Source: an uncultured Coriobacteriaceae bacterium
GTDB taxonomy: Bacteria; Bacillota; Clostridia; Oscillospirales; Acutalibacteraceae
Direction of reading: 5' to 3'
NCBI GenBank assembly: GCA_963648385.1
Contig: CAVJDU010000001.1
Span: 19,579-83,578 of the forward strand
Length of the DNA stretch: 64,000 bases
Numbering within the stretch: position 1 is the stretch's first letter; every line of letters begins with the position of its first letter. Shown here piece after piece: positions 9,563 to 17,581 of the stretch. A model generated the notes under the pieces. That model did not search any database and was not told the DNA's origin. It was given only the letters and a program-made list of their open reading frames with translations. The position numbers and the translations under genes are program-made.

Positions 9563-9898
9563 ATGGAAATTCAAACTATTCTCAGAAGGCTGGGTGTTTG
9601 CACAACATATAAGGGCTATAAGGCTACCGTGCTTGCAATTACGCTCGCCTTGGAGGATGAAGACAGACTGAATTCTATTACCCGTGAAATTTATGCCGAG
9701 GTGGCGAACCGTTTGAATGCAAAGCAGTCGGCGATAGAGAAGAATATGCGCACCGTTGTTCGGCGGGCGTGGAAAATCAACAGGTCGGATCTTGAACGAA
9801 TGGCAGGGTACAAGCTTGAATGTATGCCGAGTGTGTCGGAATTTTTGGATATCCTTTTTAATTACATACAACGCAGTCGAATTAACAAGAAAAAATGA
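9563..9898 (+). CDS. Stand-alone Spo0A C-terminal (DNA-binding) domain protein with no receiver domain
   Basis: The 111-aa protein aligns by eye along its whole length with the Spo0A effector domain. LGVCTTYKGYKATVLAI...SITREIYAEVANRLNAKQSAIEKNMRTVVRRAW...SVSEFLDIL matches GVPAHIKGYLYLREAI...[33 protein letters not shown]...TNSEFIAMV. SD GGAGG lies 8 nt upstream. Confidence 0.75.
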   Translation: MEIQTILRRLGVCTTYKGYKATVLAITLALEDEDRLNSITREIYAEVANRLNAKQSAIEKNMRTVVRRAWKINRSDLERMAGYKLECMPSVSEFLDILFNYIQRSRINKKK

Positions 9899-9958
9899 GC
9901 GGCGGATAAAAAATAAGAGCCGTCACCGCACGGTAACAGCTCTCAATGTTAATTTCAA

Positions 9959-11026
9959 TCAGAATTTTACAACGCAATTTTTTTCTGCGGATTCAAACAT
10001 CGCCTCAACGACCTTAATAAGCCTACGCTGCTGAGCATGAGTAACAACAGGCTCTGCCTTGCCCTCGATAACATCACAGATATTATTGTAGAGCGTGTGC
10101 TCACCGCTGAAGCCCTTATCCTCAACATAGGGGAGGGGGAAAGTTTTAATTGAATCGTCGGTTCTCGGCGCCATTGTTTTGGTAAGACCTACGCCCGTTC
10201 TGACCGGAACGGCGTCCTTATTCTCCCAGTCGGAAACCATAACGACCTTGCCGCTGAGATCCCATTCGCAGATCGCCGAACCGTTTATGCCCTGAACATG
10301 CCAGCGGGGATAGTCGATAAAGTTATTTGTGCCGACGGAGATAACATAGGACGAATCGTCCTTGTAATTGAGCGTTGCAACAAAGCCGTCGTCAACCTCA
10401 TCGTTTGTGATATGGCTGACCCGGCAGTAAACGGAATCAAGCTCCTTAGCGTCAAACATCATGAGCGCCTGATCAAGAATATGAATACCCCAGTCGAGAA
10501 TCATTCCGCCGCCCTGAGCCTTTTTCTGACGCCAGTCGCCCGGAATTCCTCTTGAGCCGCTTACACGGGATTCAATTCTGAAAATCTTGCCGAGTGTGTT
10601 CTCATCATAGAGTCGCTTGATAGTGAGATAGTCGGGATCGTATCTTCTGTTTTGATGAACGGTGAAAAATTTGCCCGTTCTCTCGCTTGCCTTGATCATA
10701 TCGTCAAGCAGCTCGCTTGACATTGTGACCGGCTTTTCGCTCATAACATTTTTGCCTGCCTCAAGAGCGGCGATAACAATGTCATGGTGGAAGTCGTTCG
10801 GGGTGGCAACAACGACAAAATCAATTCTGTCGTCGGCAAGAAGCTCCTCCTGAGAGGAAAAAGCGTGCCAGCCTTTTTCTTCGGCCTCCTTGTTTTTTTC
10901 GGGATTAATGTCGTAGATTCCGACAAGCTCCATGCGTTCGTTCATGTATTTTGACATCTTTTCGGCGTGCCAACTGCCCATTCCGCCGCAGCCGATGACT
11001 GCGCCTCCGATTTTTCCGTTTACCAT
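9959..11026 (-). CDS. Gfo/Idh/MocA family NAD(P)-dependent oxidoreductase
   Basis: N-terminal Rossmann motif GGAVIGCGGMGSWH, then VVVATPNDFHHDIVIAALEAGKNVMSEKP. Confidence 0.9.
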   Translation of the reverse strand: MVNGKIGGAVIGCGGMGSWHAEKMSKYMNERMELVGIYDINPEKNKEAEEKGWHAFSSQEELLADDRIDFVVVATPNDFHHDIVIAALEAGKNVMSEKPVTMSSELLDDMIKASERTGKFFTVHQNRRYDPDYLTIKRLYDENTLGKIFRIESRVSGSRGIPGDWRQKKAQGGGMILDWGIHILDQALMMFDAKELDSVYCRVSHITNDEVDDGFVATLNYKDDSSYVISVGTNNFIDYPRWHVQGINGSAICEWDLSGKVVMVSDWENKDAVPVRTGVGLTKTMAPRTDDSIKTFPLPYVEDKGFSGEHTLYNNICDVIEGKAEPVVTHAQQRRLIKVVEAMFESAEKNCVVKF

Positions 11027-11083
11027 TTGCTTTTGCTCCTAATTGCTAATTGTGTAATGTCCTTATAACCTGCATTTTGCGGC

Positions 11084-12049
11084 TTATGCCCACCACATCT
11101 CCGTTGTGGACTCCGTTATCAATGCGTTTTTAAGCGTCTGAACAGCTTTTGTCAAACCCTCGTTCTGGCTCATGAGGCTGTCCTCATGCTCAATGCTGAT
11201 GGCATAGTCATAGCCGACAAGGCGAAGATTGGAGATGATGTCTTTCCAATAAAGCTCGTCGTTGCCATAGCCCACGCTGCGGAAGATCCATGAGCGGTTG
11301 ATTTCATCGGAATACGGCTTTGTGTCAAGAACACCGTTTACCATGGTGTTGTATTTGTCGAGCTTCGTATCCTTTGCGTGGAAGTGGAAGATTGCGTCGC
11401 CGAGCTTGCGGATGCAGGCAACGGGATCCATGCCCTGCCAAATGAGATGGCTCGGGTCAAAGTTTGCACCGATTTCTGGACCGACTGCTTCACGGAGCTT
11501 GAGAAGGCTCTCTGTGTTGTAAACGCAGAATCCGGGGTGAAGCTCAAGGGCGATTTTGTTGACTCCGTGAGCCTTTGCAAATGCGACAAGATCTTTCCAA
11601 TAGGGGACAAGAACTTCTTCCCACTGCCATTTGAGAACCTCGCTGAAATCATCCGGCCATGGGCATACTACCCAGTTCGGGTGCTTTGATTCGGGGCAGT
11701 CGCCGGGGCAGCCAGAGAATGTATTGATCTGATGAAGTCCGAGCTTTTCGGCAAGGAGGATCGTGTCACGGATCGTCTTGTCAAATGCGGCAGCCTTTTC
11801 CTTATCGGGATGAACGGGGTTGCCGTGACAGCTCAATGCACTGATTTCCATATCATATTTTTTTATGGTTGCAACGAACTCGTTGAACTTGTCCTCATCG
11901 TTGAGGAGCGTCTCGGGGTCGCAGTGTGCGTTTCCGGGAAAACCGCCGCAGCCAAGCTCAATCATCTCAATGCCGAGTGATTTGAAATACTTGAGAGCTT
12001 CCTCAAGAGGAAGCTTCTGCAAAAGGCAGGTAAAAACTCCTAATTCCAT
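11084..12049 (-). CDS. Sugar phosphate isomerase/epimerase (xylose-isomerase-like TIM barrel)
   Basis: IEMIELGCGG..., ALELHPG, FHFHAKD, and ISIEHED metal-ligand-type motifs. Confidence 0.8.
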   Translation of the reverse strand: MELGVFTCLLQKLPLEEALKYFKSLGIEMIELGCGGFPGNAHCDPETLLNDEDKFNEFVATIKKYDMEISALSCHGNPVHPDKEKAAAFDKTIRDTILLAEKLGLHQINTFSGCPGDCPESKHPNWVVCPWPDDFSEVLKWQWEEVLVPYWKDLVAFAKAHGVNKIALELHPGFCVYNTESLLKLREAVGPEIGANFDPSHLIWQGMDPVACIRKLGDAIFHFHAKDTKLDKYNTMVNGVLDTKPYSDEINRSWIFRSVGYGNDELYWKDIISNLRLVGYDYAISIEHEDSLMSQNEGLTKAVQTLKNALITESTTEMWWA

Positions 12050-12067
12050 GATTCCATCTCCTATATA

Positions 12068-12790
12068 TTAAAGGTTAGCCTTGAAGTATGCCATACTTCT
12101 TGTGATATCATCTATTCCGTTCGGCTTCGGCTCGTCGTTTTCAAGGATAAGCCATTCGATGCCGCTGTCTTTAGCTGCCCTGAATACGGCAGGAAGGTCA
12201 TTGTCACCCTCGCCGAGAGCCATCGGATATCTGTCGATACCGTCCTTGACATGAAGAAGAATGATATCGTCCTTGTGCTCGGTTATATATTTATAGTTAT
12301 CTGCACCGCCGCAGTAGCTCCAGTAGGTGTCGATTTCGAGATATGCGCCGTCGGCAATTCTGTCCATAATGAGCTTGCCGTCAATCTCGTTTTCAAACTC
12401 CTCTGTGTGGTTGTGGTAGTAGAACTTGATTCCCTCGTCCTTGCCGCGCTCATTAGCCTTGGAGAAAACATCAACAAGTCTGTCAACCTCCTCCTTGGTG
12501 GAATGAGGTGCACCGCCGATGCCCATGTATTCCATGCCGAGCACCTTGCCGAGCTTGATCGACTCCTCGAGCTTTTCGCCTTCGTAGTCCTCAAGACCCA
12601 TGTGGCAACCCACTGCAACAAGACCAAGCTCATCGAGCTTCGCCTTGATAACCTCAGGCTCAAGTCCCGCATAGCCTGCGAACTCAACGCCGTCAAAGCC
12701 GAGTTCCTTTACTTTTTCGAGGATTTTAAGAAATTCCTCGCCGTTAGAATAATCATCTCTGAGAGTATAAAGCTGAACCGCTAATTTCAT
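12068..12790 (-). CDS. Sugar phosphate isomerase/epimerase (xylose-isomerase-like TIM barrel)
   Basis: LGFDGVEFAG, YYHNHTEEF, LLHVKD and WLILEND. It is the first gene of a 3-gene minus-strand operon. SD GGAGG is upstream. Confidence 0.8.
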   Translation of the reverse strand: MKLAVQLYTLRDDYSNGEEFLKILEKVKELGFDGVEFAGYAGLEPEVIKAKLDELGLVAVGCHMGLEDYEGEKLEESIKLGKVLGMEYMGIGGAPHSTKEEVDRLVDVFSKANERGKDEGIKFYYHNHTEEFENEIDGKLIMDRIADGAYLEIDTYWSYCGGADNYKYITEHKDDIILLHVKDGIDRYPMALGEGDNDLPAVFRAAKDSGIEWLILENDEPKPNGIDDITRSMAYFKANL

Positions 12791-12822
12791 AAAAAAGCCT
12801 CCATTTGCATAATGCTTCTTTG

Positions 12823-12851
12823 ATTTTACAACAACACGGCGGCCATTTCAA
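12823..12851 (-). promoter_or_regulatory. Sigma-A-type promoter of the TIM-barrel/Gfo operon
   Basis: On the minus strand: TTGAAA, 17-nt spacer, TAAAAT. It lies about 30 nt upstream of the SD of the 12790 gene. Confidence 0.5.
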
Positions 12852-12965
12852 CCCCTTTTGTTCAAATAATTAAGATAATTTTTTGCCCTTTTTATTCACA
12901 AAGAATATACCAAACGCTAACAGAAAGTTCATACGCTCTTAACATTTACCCGTTATTATCTAACT

Positions 12966-13000
12966 GTACTCAATGAGAGAGCCGCAACTCTCGTGAGTAC
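12966..13000. other. Strong imperfect palindrome / hairpin of unknown role
   Basis: GTACTCA-at-GAGAG-(8 nt)-CTCTC-g-TGAGTAC, giving 12 paired positions. On the plus strand it is followed by ACCCCTCCTCA, an anti-SD-like sequence. Confidence 0.4.
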
Positions 13001-13033
13001 ATACCCCTCCTCAATAAACCCCTCAATTATTGG

Positions 13034-13066
13034 AAAAAGAAGTCGGTTCACGCCGGCTTCTTTTTC
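13034..13066. terminator. Bidirectional terminator-like hairpin in a non-coding stretch
   Basis: AAAAA-AGAAGTCGG-ttcacg-CCGGCTTCT-TTTT, a 9-bp stem that includes one G-U pair. Confidence 0.5.
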
Positions 13067-13343
13067 TGCCTATTTATATTTATATATTGTTTGTATGTTT
13101 TTAACATCTATATGATTTTGAATTACGATTACAACCAATGGTAGCATTTTTTCAACAAGCAGTATCTTTATTTTATACCGAGGTAAAGTCATTAGAAGAT
13201 AAATATTTTTAAGCAGTTGGATCATTGCTATTTTTTAATTCTTCCATTTCGATCACCCTTACCATTATACCTTATTCCAATAGATGTTTCGATAAATGAG
13301 AAAAGACTGCTCGAATTAACGAACAGCCTTTTTTTAATGATTC

Positions 13344-13520
13344 TTATTTGAACTTTCTCTTACGAGCAGCCTCAGACTTCTTTTTGCGCTTTACAGAGGG
13401 CTTCTCATAATGTTCTCTTTTACGAACCTCCTGGATAACACCGTCTCTCGAAGTCTGTCTCTTAAATCTTCTGAGAGCGTTGTCCAAAGACTCGCCTTCT
13501 TTAACTTTTACCTGACTCAC
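13344..13520 (-). CDS. rpsU: 30S ribosomal protein S21 (58 aa, not in the ORF track)
   Basis: Minus-strand translation is (V)[57 protein letters not shown]. The conserved LRRFKR and [19 protein letters not shown] blocks are present. GTG start is preceded by GGAGGGAGGG. Confidence 0.9.
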   Translation of the reverse strand: MSQVKVKEGESLDNALRRFKRQTSRDGVIQEVRKREHYEKPSVKRKKKSEAARKRKFK

Positions 13521-13572
13521 TGTATTCCCTCCCTCCGCAGATTGCAGGGGTAATCTTTATAATTTGCACCAT

Positions 13573-13601
13573 ATTTTATCACATAACAAACGCAATGTCA
13601 A
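13573..13601 (-). promoter_or_regulatory. Sigma-A promoter of rpsU
   Basis: On the minus strand: TTGACA, 17-nt spacer, TAAAAT, with an extended -10 TG (tgTGaTAAAAT). Confidence 0.65.
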
Positions 13602-13795
13602 TATCTAAATTGTAAAAAATGCGGCAAGAATGAATATATTTAGCAAAACGGAAAAATACAATATAATATCATGCTAAAAAACGGAACAGAATGAGCTGTA
13701 ATGTTCTTTTTCAAAACGCCATGCGCTTAATGTCCAAATAAAAGAGGTGTTTTTTGCGCATAATTCACAAAGATAAAAATTATCGGGAAAAACTA

Positions 13796-13824
13796 TTGAC
13801 TTTTATATGGGTTTGGTTTATTCT
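13796..13824 (+). promoter_or_regulatory. Sigma-A promoter of the LacI-family regulator gene
   Basis: TTGACT, 17-nt spacer, TATTCT. Confidence 0.6.
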
Positions 13825-13834
13825 AAGGGCGTAG

Positions 13835-13848
13835 AGTAAACGATTACC
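13835..13848. promoter_or_regulatory. LacI/CcpA-type operator (autoregulatory position)
   Basis: AGTAAACGATTACC matches the central 12 positions of the TGWAANCGNTNWCA-type palindrome. It lies just downstream of the -10. The extended motif GAGTAAAC..TTACCCA recurs at 14955-14971. Confidence 0.5.
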
Positions 13849-13873
13849 CAAGCAATAACGGATTGGAGAAAAT

Positions 13874-14869
13874 ATGGACGGAAAAAACATTTCGATGATC
13901 GATATAGCCCGAATGTCGGGCGTGTCGATCGCAACAGTCTCAAGGGTGCTCAACAAGAACGGACGCTATTCCGCCGAGACTGAAAAAAAGGTAATGGCAG
14001 TTGTTGAAAAGTACAATTACGTCATAAATCCAAACGCTCAGGGACTGAGAACAAACAGAACCAAGACGATCGGATTGATAATTCCGGATATAACGAACGA
14101 ATATTTTTCGCAGATCGTGAGATCGGTTGAAAGCTCTGTTATCCCGTTGGGATACAATGTATTTGTGTGCGACAGCAACGAAAATATTGATTATGAGCTT
14201 CATTATATTTCATCGCTTCAATCTAAGGGCGTTGAAGGAATAATTTATATCAGCGCAAGAAAATCGGTTGACGAGATCACAAAGGAATTTACCGTTCCCG
14301 TTGTTTATATCGACAGGCGGCCGGGTGTTGAGTTCAATTATGTATCTTCGGATAACGAAAACGGCGGCTTCCTCGCAACGGAGGAGCTGATAAAAAAAGG
14401 CTGCCGAAAAATAATCCTTATTCACGATGTAAATACCTATTCAACGGTTAACAAACGAATTCAGGGCTACCTGAGAGCGCATAAGCAATACGGCGTTGAA
14501 ATCGACCGTGAACGAATGGTGCCGTGCAGGGTTTCATATTTCGACGCAAGAGAAACAGTAAAAAAGCTTATTGACGACGGCGCAGATTTTGACGGAATTT
14601 TCTGCACGACGGATTCCATGGCACTCGGCGCATTGAGGGCGCTCAAGCAGAGCGGGAAAAGAGTTCCCGAGGATGTGAAGCTTGTCGGCTTCGACGGAAC
14701 AACGCATACCGAGATTTCCGACCCTCCGATAACAACGGTCGTTCAGGACACCGGTCAGCTCGGCAAAAGATCGTCGGAGGTGTTGATGGATCTCATCAAT
14801 AACAAGACGGATAAAATTCACGAATATACAATTCCGGTCAAACTTTCGGTAAGAGGGAGCACGGATTAG
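13874..14869 (+). CDS. LacI family transcriptional regulator
   Basis: N-terminal HTH MIDIARMSGVSIATVSRVLN and a periplasmic-binding-protein-like sugar-binding core (GLIIPDITNEYF...). Confidence 0.9.
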   Translation: MDGKNISMIDIARMSGVSIATVSRVLNKNGRYSAETEKKVMAVVEKYNYVINPNAQGLRTNRTKTIGLIIPDITNEYFSQIVRSVESSVIPLGYNVFVCDSNENIDYELHYISSLQSKGVEGIIYISARKSVDEITKEFTVPVVYIDRRPGVEFNYVSSDNENGGFLATEELIKKGCRKIILIHDVNTYSTVNKRIQGYLRAHKQYGVEIDRERMVPCRVSYFDARETVKKLIDDGADFDGIFCTTDSMALGALRALKQSGKRVPEDVKLVGFDGTTHTEISDPPITTVVQDTGQLGKRSSEVLMDLINNKTDKIHEYTIPVKLSVRGSTD

Positions 14870-14918
14870 GTAATCTCTGAGAATTGCACTGTGATGTGTT
14901 TAGCGGTTACCTCAGACT

Positions 14919-14942
14919 AAAAAAGGGTTAAATCCCTTTTTT
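14919..14942 (+). terminator. Intrinsic terminator after the regulator gene
   Basis: AAAAGGG-ttaaat-CCCTTTTTT. Confidence 0.55.
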
Positions 14943-14952
14943 AAAATCGAAG

Positions 14953-14980
14953 TTGAGTAAACCTTTACCCAGCATAATAT
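14953..14980 (+). promoter_or_regulatory. Sigma-A promoter of the allose-type operon
   Basis: TTGAGT, 16-nt spacer, TAATAT. The TTG that the ORF track uses as a start codon is the -35 element. Confidence 0.5.
14956..14969. promoter_or_regulatory. Second LacI-type operator, between the -35 and -10 of the operon promoter
   Basis: AGTAAACCTTTACC. It shares GAGTAAAC..TTACCCA with the site at 13835-13848. Confidence 0.5.
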
Positions 14981-15033
14981 ACAAAATATTTCCCACAATA
15001 TATAAAAAGCAGTTTACGGAAAGGAAGGATATC

Positions 15034-16560
15034 ATGAGTACACTCGTTGAAATGAAAGGGGTAGTGAAAAAATTCCCCGGAGTTACGGCGCTGAAGGATA
15101 TTTCCTTCGATATTCGGGCGGGTGAGGTTCATGTTCTGCTCGGAGAAAACGGAGCGGGCAAATCGACCCTGATGAAGATCCTGTCAGGTGTATATCAGCC
15201 GACCGAAGGTAAAATAATCATCGGCGGTAAAGAGTTTGACAAGCTGACGCCGAAGGACGCCTATGATAACGGAATCAGCGTTATTTACCAGGAATTGAGC
15301 GTTATCAATGAGCTTTCGATTCAGGAAAATCTTTTCGTCGGCAAGCTTCCGATGAAAAAGGTCGGTATCGCTTCGGTGGTTGACTACGGCGAAATGAACA
15401 GGAGAGCGAAGGAGCTTCTCGCAAAGATCGGTCTTAACAGAGATCCGAAAACCTTGGTCGAGGATATCAGCGTTTCCGAAAAGCAGCAGGTCGAGATTGC
15501 AAAGGCACTCGCCGCCGACAGCAAGGTCATCGTTATGGACGAGCCGACGGCCTCCCTGACGAATAAAGAGGTTGAACATCTTTTTAATGTTATCGAATCG
15601 CTGAAAAAGGAGGGCAAGGGTATTGTATTCATCTCGCATAAGCTTGCCGAGATCAAGGAGATCGGAGACAGGGTCACGGTTCTCAAGGACGGAGCTTATG
15701 TCGGCACAAGGCAGGTGAGCGATGTTTCGGTTGACGATCTTGTAACAATGATGGTTGGCAGAACGGTAAAGAATACCTACCAGCACGAGGACGCACCCGA
15801 TAATTACGACGGCGAGGAAGTGATTTTTGAAGTTAAAAATCTTTCCCGTAAGGACGGAAAGGTGAAAGATGTTTCGTTCAAGCTTCACAAGGGCGAGATC
15901 GTCGGTTTCTCCGGACTTGTCGGTTCGGGTCGAAGCGAAATGATGAATTCGATTTTCGGCGCAGAGCCGAAGTCGGCGGGCGAGGTCTTTATCAAGGGCA
16001 AAAAGGTCAAAATCAAGAGTCCCTATTCGGCAATCAAAAACGGACTTGCGATGGTTACGGAAAACAGGCGTGAAACCGGATTTTTCCACAATTTTGATAT
16101 TAAGCAGAATATTTCGATTCTGCCGTTTATAAAATCGTCAAGCCTCGGCGGCGTCGGAGGATTGACAAACGGCAAATTTGAAAAGGAATGCGCAGAGGCT
16201 CAGAAAAAGAGCCTGAATATCAAATGCTATTCCGTGGATCAGGGTATCACGGAGCTTTCGGGCGGCAATCAGCAGAAGGTTATCCTCGGCAAATGGGTAG
16301 CCGCCGATTCGCAGATAATTATTTTTGACGAGCCCACAAAGGGTATCGACATCGGCAGCAAGAGTGAGATCTACACCCTCATGCGCAAGCTCGCCGACGA
16401 GGGCAAGGGAGTTCTTGTCGTTTCGTCCGAGCTGCCGGAGCTTCTCGCAGTGTGCGACACGATCCATGTTTTCAGAGAGGGTCGAATAGTCAAGACCTTC
16501 CCGCACAGAGAGGCAACGGAAGAAAATATCATCAAAGCGTCTACGGCGGAGATCGCCTGA
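15034..16560 (+). CDS. Sugar ABC transporter ATP-binding protein with two ABC domains (AlsA/RbsA-like)
   Basis: Two Walker A/signature sets (GENGAGKSTL, LSVSEKQQVEIAKAL; second LSGGNQQKV). I prefer the ATG at 15034 with SD GGAAGGA over the track TTG at 14953. Confidence 0.9.
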   Translation: MSTLVEMKGVVKKFPGVTALKDISFDIRAGEVHVLLGENGAGKSTLMKILSGVYQPTEGKIIIGGKEFDKLTPKDAYDNGISVIYQELSVINELSIQENLFVGKLPMKKVGIASVVDYGEMNRRAKELLAKIGLNRDPKTLVEDISVSEKQQVEIAKALAADSKVIVMDEPTASLTNKEVEHLFNVIESLKKEGKGIVFISHKLAEIKEIGDRVTVLKDGAYVGTRQVSDVSVDDLVTMMVGRTVKNTYQHEDAPDNYDGEEVIFEVKNLSRKDGKVKDVSFKLHKGEIVGFSGLVGSGRSEMMNSIFGAEPKSAGEVFIKGKKVKIKSPYSAIKNGLAMVTENRRETGFFHNFDIKQNISILPFIKSSSLGGVGGLTNGKFEKECAEAQKKSLNIKCYSVDQGITELSGGNQQKVILGKWVAADSQIIIFDEPTKGIDIGSKSEIYTLMRKLADEGKGVLVVSSELPELLAVCDTIHVFREGRIVKTFPHREATEENIIKASTAEIA

Positions 16561-16575
16561 ATAAAGGAAGGAACG

Positions 16576-17562
16576 GTGAATATTATGTCTGAAAAAATAA
16601 ATCAGGTAAAACCAAAGGAAAAAGTCACCTTTAACATGGTATGGCAGAAATACGGCACATTCGGAATTCTTGTTATTTTGCTCGTTATTCTTGCGGCTAT
16701 GCGCCCGGGAACGTTCTTCTCGACGGCAACAATAACGCAGATCCTTTCACAAAGTTCGGTCAATATTCTTATTGCGATGGGCGAATTCTTTGCGATTCTT
16801 ATCGCCGGCATCGACCTTTCGGTCGGCTCTGTCGTCGCTCTGACCGGTATGGTTTCGGCTCAGATGATGGTTGCGGGCGTTACCCCGCTGCTTGCCGTCT
16901 TGCTCGGCATAATCCTCGGCGGCTTCCTCGGCTTTCTCAACGGACTTCTTATCAATGTGACGGGACTTCATCCGTTTATCATCACCCTCGGTACGCAGTC
17001 GATTTTCAGGGGCGTTACGCTTATTATTTCAAATTCAAGCGCAGTTTTCGGTTTTCCGAAATCGTTTACAAGCATTATTTCATATAAGGTATTCGATCTT
17101 CTTCCGATAGTTGCGATAATTGCAATCATCGTGGCGCTTCTGCTCTCGTTCCTGACGAAGAAAACAAAGGTTGGCAGAAATATTTATGCGCTCGGCGGCA
17201 ACAAAGAGTCTGCTTGGTATTCGGGTATCAATGTAAATATGCACACCTTGATAGTATTCATTATTTCCGGAATTTGCGCCGGTATTGCCGGCATCGTTCT
17301 TCTCGGCCGTGTCGGTTCTGCCGAGCCGGCAGCCGCAACAGGCTTTGAAACCTACGCTATCGCAGCCTCAATCATCGGCGGAACGAGCTTCTTCGGCGGC
17401 AAGGGTAAAATATTCGGAGTTGTAATGGGCGGTCTTATCATCGGCGTTATCAACTACGGTCTTAACATTCTTGCAGTTCCGAGCGTTTGGCAGCAGGTCG
17501 TTATGGGCTTGCTTATCATCGGTTCGGTTGCGCTTGACAGATTTGTTGCTCGCAAGAAATAA
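16576..17562 (+). CDS. Sugar ABC transporter permease (AlsC/RbsC-like)
   Basis: A polytopic membrane protein of the branched-chain/ribose permease family (GIDLSVGSVVAL, GGTSFFGGKG). The start is ambiguous between GTG 16576 and ATG 16585. Confidence 0.85.
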   Translation: MNIMSEKINQVKPKEKVTFNMVWQKYGTFGILVILLVILAAMRPGTFFSTATITQILSQSSVNILIAMGEFFAILIAGIDLSVGSVVALTGMVSAQMMVAGVTPLLAVLLGIILGGFLGFLNGLLINVTGLHPFIITLGTQSIFRGVTLIISNSSAVFGFPKSFTSIISYKVFDLLPIVAIIAIIVALLLSFLTKKTKVGRNIYALGGNKESAWYSGINVNMHTLIVFIISGICAGIAGIVLLGRVGSAEPAAATGFETYAIAASIIGGTSFFGGKGKIFGVVMGGLIIGVINYGLNILAVPSVWQQVVMGLLIIGSVALDRFVARKK

Positions 17563-17581
17563 TCGAAAAGGGGTGCATTAT

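Noticed and set aside
13209-13247. A 12-codon minus-strand mini-ORF (MEELKNSNDPTA) with an AAGGGTGA-like SD and a TATAAT upstream.
   Set aside because: It is too short and unsupported to call, and such combinations arise by chance in AT-rich DNA. I keep it only as part of the unexplained non-coding block.
14953-15033. The N-terminal 27-codon extension of the ABC ATPase ORF, which uses a TTG start at 14953.
   Set aside because: The TTG is the -35 hexamer of a promoter, and the extension covers the operator and the -10. ATG 15034 has a good SD, and the protein then begins at the normal distance from the Walker A motif.
15184-16089. A 301-aa ORF antisense to the ABC ATPase gene.
   Set aside because: It lies entirely within, and opposite to, a gene with unmistakable Walker and signature motifs. 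Its translation is low-complexity and rich in Arg, Leu and Phe, with no motifs and no SD. Similar long antisense ORFs occur at 20930-21679, 24162-25172, 27076-27975, 28822-29715, 31485-32390, 53169-54125 and 60527-61510. All of them shadow well-supported genes and are best explained by codon bias.
17471-17581. The upstream extensions that the ORF track gives to alsE (17471). The same applies to rpiB (20302), guaB (32490), the alpha-galactosidase (3768) and the large dockerin protein (34414).
   Set aside because: Each extension lacks an SD and either overlaps the previous gene or spans non-coding structure. An internal ATG with a strong SD gives an N-terminus that matches the family.
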